DNA of 63,352 bases, filler included, from Platydemus manokwari (lineage: Eukaryota), in assembly GCA_037951405.1 (NCBI GenBank). It is 6 parts of 6 records of this genome, joined end to end, with 100 filler letters (N's around TTAATTAATTAA, not from the genome) between each part and the next. Parts side by side here need not be neighbours in the genome. Positions count along the whole stretch, not along the records: positions 44,973 to 54,311 come from JBBMOY011262207.1; positions 54,412 to 63,352 come from JBBMOY011325428.1; 4 more parts are not named here. One strand, 5' to 3'. The position numbers were made by a program, and so were the translations under genes. Below, in pieces: positions 51,652-63,352 of this stretch (its first letter is position 1; each line of letters opens with the position of its first letter). The notes below the pieces were generated by a model that searched no databases, was not told the DNA's origin, and saw nothing but the letters and a program-made list of their open reading frames with translations.

Positions 51652-54311
51652 TGTTAGTTGCTAATACTTCGTCGCTTTTTAGGTTAAATGCAAAAGTCAT
51701 AACTAGTAACGTGCACAAAAAATATATTTTCATATTAAATATTATTCGAACAAATATTCCTTCTTTTAAAAATTTCGAAACATATTTTTTTAACACATTT
51801 AAATTTTATGAATAATTTTTTTAATGCATTTTGAGAGGTTACAGTAACGGTTTGAGCAATATAAATATTAAATATTTTTTAATATAATTAATTAAAAATA
51901 TTCTTTGTTTTAAATTATTAAATTTAATTTAAAATAATTCAAATTTAAATTTTAAACCTCACATCCCCCTTTTTTAAAAATCTTTGAATTTTCAATATTT
52001 CTTGTTAGTACTGCTCCTTTTCCATTTTGTAATCGGTAGCTTCTTTCATGATTCATCCCAATCACTTTATATGGGCCTTCATATCTTTCCTGATCTTTAT
52101 TCCTCATCTCTTTCTTTATTAGTACCTCATCTCTTTCTTTGAATTTACTTTTAGTTGTTACTTTTCTAACGTTATTATGCTTTTCTTCCATGCTTTTCTT
52201 TAACTCTTCTCTGTCTATTCTACTGTTTGCTTGCCACTGTAATCTGTCTATCCTTCTCCCGAATATGATTTCCGCTGGGCTAACAACCTTTATGGTTTTT
52301 TGTACTGTCGTATTCAACGTGTATTCTATCTCTGGTAATATTAAAGCCCAATTCGTATTTTGTCTTTCTTTTACCGTCGTTTTTATGTAATCCCTAATCG
52401 TTCAAATTGTCGCTCAATTATTCCATTAGCGCTGTGATGATAAAGGCTTGAGAATATCAACTCCGTTACCATTTTGAAAGCCATATCTTTTATTCTCTGT
52501 GATTCGAAACATTTCCCACAATCTACGTGTATTTCCTTGAGTGCTCCTTATTTTAATATCCATTGATTATGGATCACTCTTTCTACTGTTTCCTCATTTT
52601 GTTTATTTATGGGTGTCAGTATTATGTATCTACTGAACTGGTCAATTATTGCAAGTATATATTTTTCTCTTCTACTCGTTTCTTTCTCAAATGGCTCTCT
52701 CACTTGCAGTTGTTTTGGTTCTTCCTTTGTTTATGTTGTTGTCACTTTAGTTTTTTGAGATGGTTCGCATGATTCTCTTTTTCTCTCTGCTGGTATCCAA
52801 ATTTTGTTTTCTTTAGTTTTTATTGTGTCTCCGTCGAGAATAAAATTACTATTTTGCGTTCGGCCTAACCATCTTTTTATCATTTCTATTTCATCATTGT
52901 TAATCTGCCATTCTTTTCCTTTGTTCTCTGTCATTATTGTTAATATATAGGTCTTCATTTTGCCAGTACTCGTGTTTCGTTAGACATTGTGAACATGTCG
53001 TACAGGTATTCCTCGAAAGCATGTCTGTATTTCTATGATTAGCTCCTTTTCAGAAAATCATGTTTATATCCAGGTGGCTTAGATAATTTAACCATGTTTG
53101 AAATTGTGGAGTTATGGGGTTCTTTGTCTTCAGCATGAATGTGATTTCTTTATGATCAATTCTTAGTGTGAATCTTTTCCCGTACAAATAGTGATTAAAA
53201 TGCTGACAAAAGTAATATATCGCTAATAATTCCTTCCTTGTGATACAAAATCTTTTCTCATGTTTGCTCATTGCGATAATGCCACTCCTATTGTGTCAAA
53301 ACTTGCATCGTTATCTAGGATGAACTCTTTGTTATAATCAGGGAATGCCAAGATCGGTGCTTCTGTGAAATACTCGGTGACAAGCGTAACACGTCACTAC
53401 TTTCTCGATTTTAGAAGTTCGTGCTATATGCACTAGTTTTTGGCAATTATACCACGTCCTATTATCTACCTTTCTTTCCAAAGGCCTGGGTTTTGGTTGT
53501 ACTTTGACTACCTTGTCCATTCCCCTTCCCCTACCGTATTTACTTGTCTTTCTTTATTTCTTACTTAATCTAGCTTTTTTACGGTTTTTTTATTAGATCC
53601 GCTTCCTCAATATCCCTAGTTTTAATTTCTTTCTCTAGCTTCACATCATCTCTACATAGCACCAAGAAGAAAGCAGTTAGTTCCTCGTTCGTTATGTTGT
53701 GAAACAATATGTCGTCCACCATTTTATCTATCTTTTTAAAATAAACATCAGCCGGAGCGGCCTTTCTCCTGAAACTTAGAACCTTAATCCAATCCTGAGC
53801 GAAGGATTTCTTTTGGTCAAATGCCTTCCTAAGTCTGTCCTCGTATCCCATCTTGGCCCCTGTCGCCTCAAATTGTTCTACTAAGCCGTCGTCCAATCGT
53901 GCTAATACGATAGCGTATTGGACGTGCTTTGGGATTTTCCCAGCATGGAAATATCGATTACACTTTTTAAAAAAGTGTTCGACGTTATTCACCCAATTTC
54001 AATCTATCCGGCAACAGCGAACCTAGGATCGCATCCAAGTGCGTAATCGCCATATTAGTTGCTAATACTTCGTCGCTTTATAGGTTATATGCAAAAGTCA
54101 TTACTATAAAAGTGCAAAAATTATTTTCATATTAAACATTATTCAAACTTCTTTTAAAAATTCCAATTAATTTAAAACATATTTTTTAAACACATTTAAA
54201 TTTTGTGAATAATTTTGTAAAACATTTTGAGAGGTTACAGTAACGGTCTGAGCAATATAAATATTAAATATTTTTTTAATATAATTAATTAAAAATATTC
54301 TTTGTTTTAAA
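51652..54311 (-). mobile_element. Internally deleted Ty3/Gypsy LTR retrotransposon
   Basis: 3' LTR 51652-51963 (minus strand TGTGAG...TAACA); PPT AAAAAAGGGGGA at 51964-51975; 5' LTR from 54053 into the gap; PBS-like TGGCGATTACGC at 54052-54041. Contains gag with two degenerate zinc knuckles, RNase H (TEAPILAFPDYNKEFILDNDAS; ITRKELLAIYYFCQHFNHYLYGKRFTLRIDH) and an integrase end (SPAEIIFGR, YEGPYKV). No protease or RT core. Confidence 0.93.
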
Positions 54312-54749
54312 NNNNNNNNNNNNNNNNNNNNNNNNNNNNNNNNNNNNNNNNNNNNTTAATTAATTAANNNNNNNNNNNNNNNNNNNNNNNNNNNNNNNNN
54401 NNNNNNNNNNNATATCGCTTTACTATTACTTATTCATAAAATTATATAAATATTTTTTTGATCACTGACAAACAGATATTTTAATTCAATTGGAGCGAGA
54501 TCTAATATTTATCTAACAATCTTTAAACGATAAATGAATTCATAAATAAACGATGATTGTCAATCGATGCATCTGAAACTTCACATCGGGAGAAAACGAA
54601 ATCAACATCAACTAAATTCCACAGAAAAATTTGAAAAAATTATGAAAGACAAAATCAAGATATTTCATTATTTTCAAACCCATTTGTTCATTCTAATTTT
54701 TATAATAAGATTGTTTGTATTTTCCATTTTCAAAAATTTCTATTATGTT

Positions 54750-56200
54750 GCTAGACATGATCCCGTTGCTATGGATTTGTATGAAGTTCAAATCGATTTT
54801 CATTCAAGTCTCATTAGTGAGTATTTTCGACGAAGTAAAAATGGTAGAGATTTTTATAAATAATATAAAATAAATAGATTTCCTAAAATATATAAAATGG
54901 AGAAAAATTCAGTCCGAATTAAAACCAAACAAAATACATTTCCCACAGAGCAAATCAATGAATGGTTTAAGCCATTACTTACAAAATACTTTTATGTTAT
55001 CGGTATATAAGCAATTTATATATGTTTATCTTCTAAATACAAAATATTGCAGTAATATTATATAACCCATTATATAACCAAGAATTAAAACCATATATAC
55101 AGATTCTCGTGGTAGAATTAACGATCAGAACTAATAAATCGGTAAGAAAGTGAGTCAACTCCAAATTCAAATCCACTGATCTTAAATCGTCACAAATCAG
55201 ACTCTTGACAAGAACAATCAAGTCAATAAGAAAATCAGTCGATTAAGACCACACAAGACTGCTTGTGGCTACACACAAAACTCTAGCGCAACAATAAGAA
55301 ATAAATTCCATTCAAATGATAGTGATATTATTTTGATTTCAATTTTCACAAATAGAATAATAGATTGTGTTGCCCGTGTCATGAGTATGTGAATATAAAA
55401 CTGACTGCATGGTGCAAAACATTTCATAGAAATCTCATTAAATTCATCATTATTTAAATTGATTTAAAATCAAAAAATTACTTTTTCGTAAAATCTAAAA
55501 TGGATACAGAATTGAGTTTATTATGAAAATATAAATTTGGTATAATTTTAGGTCAGATATCAAATGTCTGATAATCGATCAGTGAAAAATCGAGGACTGG
55601 ACGTTTATAAAAATTTTCTGATCCAGTCCTACAAATCATCGACAATACCAATGATCGCCAATTTCATTTACTTACCGGCAGATAATTATCATATCGGTTT
55701 TTATCAGCCGTGTATTTAAACAAGCACACTATTATTATATATTTACTTCAAATTAAAACAATGATAAAACAGATTTCAGTTAAAATTTTTTAAGTTTTCA
55801 TTTTTTTTATAATATCAATTTTATAATAAAATATTCATTATTCACCGTAAAAATCAACCTAAAACAATCTTCACAATAAATTTAAATTTGAACTGACAAC
55901 GTGGACAACAAATAAAATGATTGATTACAAAACTCTAGTAAATAAATAGAATTTTTCAAGAATTATAATGAATATTTTTTCGCTAAAAATGTCATCATTA
56001 ATTTCTAACCTTTTCTTATAATAGTAATATCCAAACCAAATAGTGGACAACAATATAAGTACAGAGACAACAGATCCAACCAAAATTAATGTCCGATATA
56101 TTTCTAAAATAAAATAATATCCAATTAAAATCATCGTAAAAAAGAAAATTTTATAAATATAAACGGAAGTTTTCATTTCGAATAAGTACTCCATTTTACT
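54750..56200 (-). pseudogene. Decayed insulin-receptor-family RTK, copy B (TM, juxtamembrane, degenerate kinase)
   Basis: AG/GT exon 56103-56010 reads EIYRTLILVGSVVSVLILLSTIWFGYYYYKK. A phase-compatible exon from 55858 reads RLIFTVNNEYF (cf. SVNPEYF). YLP|DWI spans a short intron near 55675-55629. Then, in order: KISGFEFG (55183-55160), LPRES, FALWEM, NP*QR. Stops and frameshifts present. Confidence 0.5.
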
Positions 56201-56219
56201 GACTCAAGTGAAAATAGTA

Positions 56220-59200
56220 TAGGTAGATGAATCTTAGATATTCGATTTGTTTAAATATTCTGAATAATGTGTGTTTTTCGAAATAATAAATTTTTATGGA
56301 ATTAAATGGCTATTTTATTGGAGACCACACTGGAATAAATGCTCATACGAGAGCCAAAAGAGAAGAGAGGCAGAAAATTTTTGCTTGCCGGCCATAAAAA
56401 CTTAGAAGTTGTTGATTCCGAACCCATCGTTTTTCGATATATAAATTCAAGATGCTGAAAAATGGTTCCAGATAACCAAGAATGTATCAACATTTAACCA
56501 CATGGAGCTGTCATTTGCATTTGAGATGGTGTTGAGAGATGATGCCAATTAGCTATGGCAAGAATACAGTAGTTTTAAAGAAACTATTTCAAGTGAAGAG
56601 ATAGTTTTTGGAAATGTTCTCACATACTAAGACAGAGTACAACAAAGTTCAGGATTTAGCATGAATGTTCCCAATACCAGGTGAAAAGTTACGCATTTAT
56701 GTGCTTCGGGTAAAGAAACTAGTGACGGAGGTGTTTGAAAAGAAAAACACTCTCGAAATTACAAGACTATTTATCGTACATGGTCTAAATAGTAAGAAAT
56801 TGAAAGAGTCTTTCACTCTCGACCATGCCATATCCGACGATAGAACAGTGAGTTGATTGCTAATTTGAAGAAATTAACTCCGACGAAGACGATAACTTTT
56901 TTCAAGTAGACATATGCCTGTCAGTATTTGAAAGTAACCCGAGACAAATTATTTTAGAAGGAGACTTCTTATAAAAACCCAGTCCCATCGTGCAGGAGAG
57001 ATATTTTGGCTTATATAAATATCATTATGCATAGTGAATCTCAAAACAATACGAAATCAACTAGATCAATGAAAGTAATTGCGTCTAAATTCTACAAGGA
57101 TTGTATAGGAAGACCCACTTGGCGTGGTGATTATTAAATACCAGGAGCTTGGTTTTGCTGTGGTGATCTTGTACATCGGAAGTTTGGATGTCCATTGCAG
57201 AATAAATTTTTAATCTGCGGAAAAGAAAGGCATCACTTCTGAGAATGTCATTTAGATTGTTCGGGGAAAATAATGTGCATAAATGACGAAAAAAATGAAG
57301 CCGGTATTCAAACCGAAAATGAAGCAGTTGATTATGTTAGCTCACTGCCCACGGAAGAGAAAAAACTGGCATCAACTACCTGTGCCTATCTTGTCAGTGT
57401 GGTGTAGTCAATAGGATACATGTCAACTAAAGACATAATAGAAGTAAAGAATACAGAAGGCAAGAGGAAGCATTCACAGATGTATCCGAAAGTAGATGGT
57501 AAACAGCAGTCTACAATTGATTGCAACGGTACACAGATTGAAATGCTATGGGATTCTGGTACATCTATAACAGTAATGAATGAGAACAATTGGATTCTCA
57601 TTGGAGAGCTGCAGATAAAAAATTCTGATGTTCGATTGGCTGATGTAATTTCCAATACACATAAATCCTGTCTAGAAAGAATAATAATTTTAGTAAAGGA
57701 GATCATTGTAGTAAAAGAAATTTCACCAGGATTTATCGGAGGAGTTAATATGATGAAGACTTGTGGAATCTTCCTTGCAAGAATAGAATCAATTGATGGC
57801 AAGGATGTGGGAAAGAAATACAGTGACCAAGACAGAAGAATATTGCTGATAAGAATGATATTTCATTGAATAAGTGCATAAAAAAATGGTTCGATTTTTA
57901 TGGCATCTCGGCTCGATTTCGGACTAACAGATTTGATCAAGCACAAGATCCGAACAAAAAGGGAATTTATTGCACAAAAATATCGGAAGGCAATCAATAA
58001 ATTTAGAAAGTAAAATTCAAGAGTTGATAGGAAACCTTCGAGAAAGTAATGTCATAACTCCTTACAAAAGCCCTTAGAACTCTTTATTGGTCGTGGTTCC
58101 TAAGAAAAATGGATCGATCAGGATGTGTTTAAACTTCAGAATATTAAACGAACAGATCAAGAAGTTTTGTTTTCTGGTATCTGATATCCAAACGTTATTG
58201 TGTGACAGTTTTCTCCTCGATAGAGTTAGGCCAAGCATATTATCAAGCCGAACTTGAGGAAGATTCTAAGTTCAAAACGACGTTCAGAACTAGAACTGGA
58301 TGGTTCTGTTTTAACATGTGCTGCAATAGCAACGCTTCAGAGCCTAATGAATGAAAGGATTTAATCTACAATGACGTTCTTGTTAATCTGAATGATATGG
58401 TAGTGTATAGAAGATCAGTACAGGAACATAATGAGAAAATTGACAGTTTTCAGACTGATTAAATCATTAGGCTTGAAAAATAATATCGAAAAATGTGCCT
58501 TAGAATTTCCTGGGTCATACGACTAGTGCAGAAGATATAGAAACTAATAACGACAAAGTAAATAATATTAAGGAAGGAAAAATATCCGGTTGCATAAACC
58601 AATTGAGGATAGTTCCTAGAATTAAGCTATTATTATAGAAAATTTATCAAAAAATATGCATTAATTATGGCTCCGTGATATGTGATGATGACTGGCAGTG
58701 ACAAGAAATTGAAGTGGACTACAGAGTGCGATCAAAGTTTTGAAAATCTAAATGTACATCTCCGATTTTGGTCTTGCCCGATTCAAACAAAGAGATAATT
58801 TTAGATACCGATGCTAGTTTCGGAGCGATTGGCGACGTTCTAAGCCAGTTAGATGACATTGGAAAAGAGAGAGTAGTAGCATAGCGTAGAAATGTAGGAA
58901 TTATTTGAAGATATGGTAGTGTAATAATGGTAAAACAAAGAAACAAATTATTGTGCCACAGGTTCAATCGCAGAAACTAACAAGGTAACTTCATGAGGGT
59001 TGTGCCATATCTGTAATAACAAATTTGTCGATTACATTCAATAGATTTACTTCTGGCCAAATATGTCACGAAGCATCGAACACAAAGTACGGAATTGTGA
59101 TATTTGTGCTAAACGGAATGTATACACTGGTCGGAATAAAAAAGTTAAGATTCGAAAGGGAATAATTTGAATCATAAGGACAGATCGTTTTTGATGTTGC

Positions 59201-59895
59201 ATACTTTAAAGAATTTATGACTAAAACCAAGTATTTATTGGTTATTGTGTATAGATTTAGTAAGCTAACAAGCTTAGTTCCACTTATTCGACATGACGAG
59301 ATCAGCATTTCCAAATCTATCATCTATAATTGGATTTATATGTATGGTGCTCCAAAATCAATGCCCACTGATCGAGGTAGAGTTTTCGAGGGAAGTAAAA
59401 TGAGAGAATTAACGACACGTTTTGTAATAAAGCAAGAATTTACCTCCTCATACCAACGTCTGGGAAATGGTTTGGCGAAAAGATGATTGGGGTGGTCCGA
59501 GATATAATGGTAACAACGCTGGCATCTGAGAAACAGGCGTGGTATAAATTAAAACCTGAGATAGAATTTAGCATCAAAGCAAGATATCAAAGCTCTTCTC
59601 CTTTTGAAATTTTATTTGGACGACGAATTACTATGTATGGCTTATAAGATTAAATGAACCAAGCCACCACGACCAAATTAAATCAATGGCCATAAACCTA
59701 ATGAAATTTGATCCTAAAAAAAGAGATTGTCGAATTGAGCTTTGATATCTTGCATTCTTAATTTCCAAGGACAGACAAAACTTAAAAGAATTGATTGGCT
59801 GAAAAATATTTCAAAAACAACGGTAGAGGGAAGATAGATAAATAATTTATTTAAATATAATAAATTTTTATGCAATTGAATAGAGTTTTACTAGT
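56220..59895 (+). mobile_element. Degraded near-full-length Ty3/Gypsy retrotransposon
   Basis: In order: gag with knuckle relics (57150-57250); protease LWDSGTSITVM; RT (VVVPKKNGSIRMCLNFR, LGQAYYQ, EFPGSY); RNase H (ILDTDASFGAIGDVLSQ); integrase (WIYMYGAPKSMPTDRGRVFE, SPFEILFGR). PBS-like TGGAGACC near 56318 and a purine tract near 59825. A shared motif ataataaatttttatg.aatt.aat at 56283 and 59856 suggests LTR remnants. Confidence 0.9.
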
Positions 59896-59999
59896 ATTAT
59901 AGTCGATTATTATTGATGAATGTTAGCACAGACGATAGAAACCAAAAAATCTTATCGATTAAATGAAATATCATATATCTAGAATTTATAAGAGACATT

Positions 60000-62000
60000 A
60001 CACAGTAATTTTAATCATAAATCTGACGTTATCCACAAACGGGTTTGTTAAACTAAATCTCATTGTTGCATACCATCCATTAATATGATTTGATAAATGA
60101 AATCTCGCATTGGTAATTGTATCAAATAAATATTACATTCCTGAAATCAATATCCATGAAACCGAGTCAAATAATCCTTTATTTCTAAAAATGAAACACT
60201 AATTTTTGATACAAAATCATGACTACTCACGAATATCCTTAGTAATTACTTTTTAACTCTAAAACAGTTCCGTCTTGATTAAGTGAAAACAATTTTTTAA
60301 AGTAATCTTTAGAGAACAGTAATAAACATCCATTAGCAAATACATTACAAAATAAATCTATAAAATGAACATAAAATTAGATTTCAGTGAGAGATTAGTT
60401 TCACAATATCGAACGGCAACAGATTCTTACATGTGTGTGTGTGCGTGTGTGTTATTTTGCAATGATAGCGAATGAGAAATAAACTACGGCAAAAATACAA
60501 ATACACTCAAAATGACAAGATAACAGACAAAGGAATAAAAATAATAATTTTCTGTTTATTGAATTTTTCAATTAAATTTCATTTATTATTAAAAATAACG
60601 ATAAACATACCAAAAATCGAATTTTTTGGGATTGTGAAATAAAATGATTTAGTCCATGAACCATTTGCCGGTATCGATATTGGTTTAATCTGAAATTCGT
60701 AGTTACCGGGTCCCAGATTCTTCAGAACGTATCTTCCAGATTGTGGCTTCTTGGACAATGTGTTTTTCAGAACAGGAAAGGAAGAATTCGATGTATCATT
60801 TGTTATGAATTCTTTTTCATTCAACCATTCATATCTTGTAATACAAAATGTTTCCAACCAATTCTATTTAGATAATGATCTTAGCAGATGTCACCAATGA
60901 TAATAATTCTAACATCAACATTTTCGTATGGTAAATCTCGATATCTGAGAAAGAAATTCAGTATCAAACCATTTGGAGTGTTCGGTTCAGTCCAATTTAT
61001 ATGGACAGCATTTCCAACAACACGTGATTCTATTGTTGTATCATTGAGATTATCCATGTGCTCTAAAACAAGAATATAGCGTTAATAGTCATGAACAAAA
61101 ATACCAATCGAAAGATAGCTTGTGATGCAAATAGAAATGATAATGAATTAATGATACTGATCAGATAGATCAACAAAGATTTTGCTTCTTGCACGAATGT
61201 GAAATTTTTTTCATATTTTGCTGCGCTGATCTGGTTTTAGATTTTTTCGGTTTCAGACTATGAAATTTGCAGAATTTATGAACATATTGAATACGTAAAA
61301 TGTATCAAGATCCTCTCTTTTCAATTTTATATTGCTCTTACATTACTTTAAAATTTATATATTGAGATAAAGAAACTGATGGAAACACATCATCAATGTG
61401 TACAAAACAGTTTTTAAAATAGAATCATCGTAGAATCTACTTTTCAGTCTAATAAGTAAGACTTGAAAAATTTGAAATCTTGTGACAGATCATTTTGGAT
61501 CATTTTGTGAAAGTCGATGTAGTTCTTATCATGAAATGGGCGTTTCGAAATTCGGATCATCATTCGAATCATTAGGATTTTCATTATGATAATCAATGTC
61601 ACTGAGTAATGTCGCAATCATAGAAGGGAAAGATTGAACTAGTTTAACAGCGAATTCATTATGAAGTATTGTTACCAAAGATAACGGAAAGTCTGGATAG
61701 ATTATCAAATTTTTGGGTTTAGAATTTACCCTAGAAATGTTTTCATAGAAAAATAACGGTTTTGGAGGTCACTCTAAATTATGAAAACCGTAAACCTCAT
61801 TAAGAAATCGCAAACATGTTGAGGAGCGAATGCAAGGAGCACAGGTCTAAACATGATCTCCAATTTTGCATCGAAAAATATGCATAGTACCCCAACTAGC
61901 AGAACGAATCTAGATGATTAGTACAATTCCTGTGCATTTTTCTTTAGAATACCAAAATTCAAATCTATAGGCACTTGATATCATAGATATTAATACGAAA
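60000..62000 (-). pseudogene. Decayed or truncated insulin-receptor-family gene, copy A (FnIII-3 and TM exons)
   Basis: Exon 61062-60914 (HMDNL...AVHINWTEPNTPNGLILNFFLRYR) and exon 60863-60611 (FCITRYEW...YVLKNLGPGNYEFQIKPISIPANGSWTKSFYF) match InR VHLMWQEPKEPNGLI...[22 protein letters not shown]. Introns are 50 and 59 bp. The TM exon from 60551 has a stop in all three frames, and upstream exons carry stops. Confidence 0.7.
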
Positions 62001-63352
62001 ATGCGTTTTGTCACCATAAATAAACAAATCTATTTTGTTACTATAGACTCATTTAAATACAAAGTCGGAATTTAAAACGCCTATCTTTCAAAAACCGTTG
62101 CATGATAAGACAAATCTAAAATCATATCTGAACTCATTAAAAATAGACAAGAATCACCCATTTTCATTCAAGGGACAAAACTTTTTTGGAATTTTGTTGA
62201 TCAGTGTAACAATATTCATAATAATATTAATAAAAATAATGTTAGTAGCATCTGCTTCACTTGAAATTGATTTTCAACAAAAGAACTCATTATTACGATT
62301 TTCTTTATTATTTATTTAATGCCAACAATTACTAAAACTTTTAAACAAATTAAAATTCCTTTTCTAGAAAGATTCTTTTATCAATCTTAATCAGGTATAG
62401 ATAAAAATATTTTAATAATTTAATAATTACTTTATTTTAAATAATCTAATATAAATTTTAAAATACGATTTATTATTTTAAAATTATTTTATTTTATCAC
62501 TTTAAATTAAAAATTTTTATTTAAAATTATTATTAGTTAATTTGAATTTTCCTCACAAATAATAATAACAATAAAAATAAATTAATAATAGCAATAAATA
62601 TTAACATAGTGTAGATAATTATATTTAAGCTCGATCAAAGCTGCATAATAAATCGACATGTTGGTATTCTGGTACAAAAGAAATGAAATATTTAGAATCA
62701 ACAAAATATAAAAAAATATGGTTTTCGTCCAGACTCAAACAGAAATCAATCATGACATTTCTTTATAAAATTCGTTTTAATATTTCAAAATCAGAATTTT
62801 AATTAACGTGTATCATAAATTCAAAATGACACGCGACAATCAAAATAATAATAATGTGTTTTGTTGACAAAAATATGTTTATCATTTAGTATTGTGTCAT
62901 GTGCTATGAAATTTCATCAATTATAAGTTTAATTATTGATCTCATTGTCTATCGTTACATTATGATTAATCATAAATATATTGATAATATATAAATCACA
63001 GAATATTTTTGTGGGTTTAAACGATTATTTTTCGAAAAAATTGTTTCAAACCGTTTTGCTTATTTTAATCTTGAAATAAAATTTCTAAAATAATAAAGAC
63101 CAAACATCGAAACCCAGACATGTGTAGATGTTTGGAAACAAAGTCTTCAATAGACTGTAATATTGTAAATAAAATGACTTTGGAAAATGACGTTTTTCGA
63201 AAAACTAAATGGTTAATTTTAAAAGAACCAGTTCAAGACATTGGTATGGAAATAAAAATATAAGAAATAGAATTGAAATTAAAAATTTCAAAAAATTGTG
63301 AAAGATATAATGATATTGAAAAATAAGCACAATAATAGGTGCTCTCGAACCA

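Noticed and set aside
55676-55728. KNRYDNYLP as a protein tyrosine phosphatase KNRY motif
   Set aside because: No downstream DYINA, WPD or HCSAG motifs; the context fits an InR juxtamembrane region better.
57386-57802. 138-aa minus-strand ORF
   Set aside because: Antisense to the Gypsy protease region.
30631-62000. Cbl, InR-like and GPCR genes as a co-located signalling cluster
   Set aside because: They lie on different contigs separated by artificial spacers.

Overview
Very AT-rich animal genomic DNA with short (46-59 bp) GT-AG introns, probably from a flatworm such as a planarian; the taxon is inferred from gene content and style only. The window is six contigs joined by five identical artificial 100-bp spacers (44 N + TTAATTAATTAA + 44 N), so adjacency across spacers is not evidence of linkage. 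Recognisable host genes are: a two-exon HINT1; one exon of a Kv-beta (KCNAB) subunit; an intronless Cbl E3 ligase; a Na+/K+-ATPase beta subunit; a two-exon orphan class-A GPCR; a gap-truncated PIM-like kinase; and two decayed insulin-receptor-family loci. Most of the rest is transposon debris: Gypsy elements and solo LTRs, Penelope, non-LTR RTs, hAT/Buster and MITEs. The standout is an intact single-exon gene (41991-42350) for a small secreted protein whose eight mature cysteines have mirror-symmetric spacing, C-x10-C-x10-C-x10-C-x8-C-x10-C-x10-C-x10-C. This predicts a disulfide-laddered helical hairpin that I cannot assign to a known family. All calls are from reading by eye; no searches were run.
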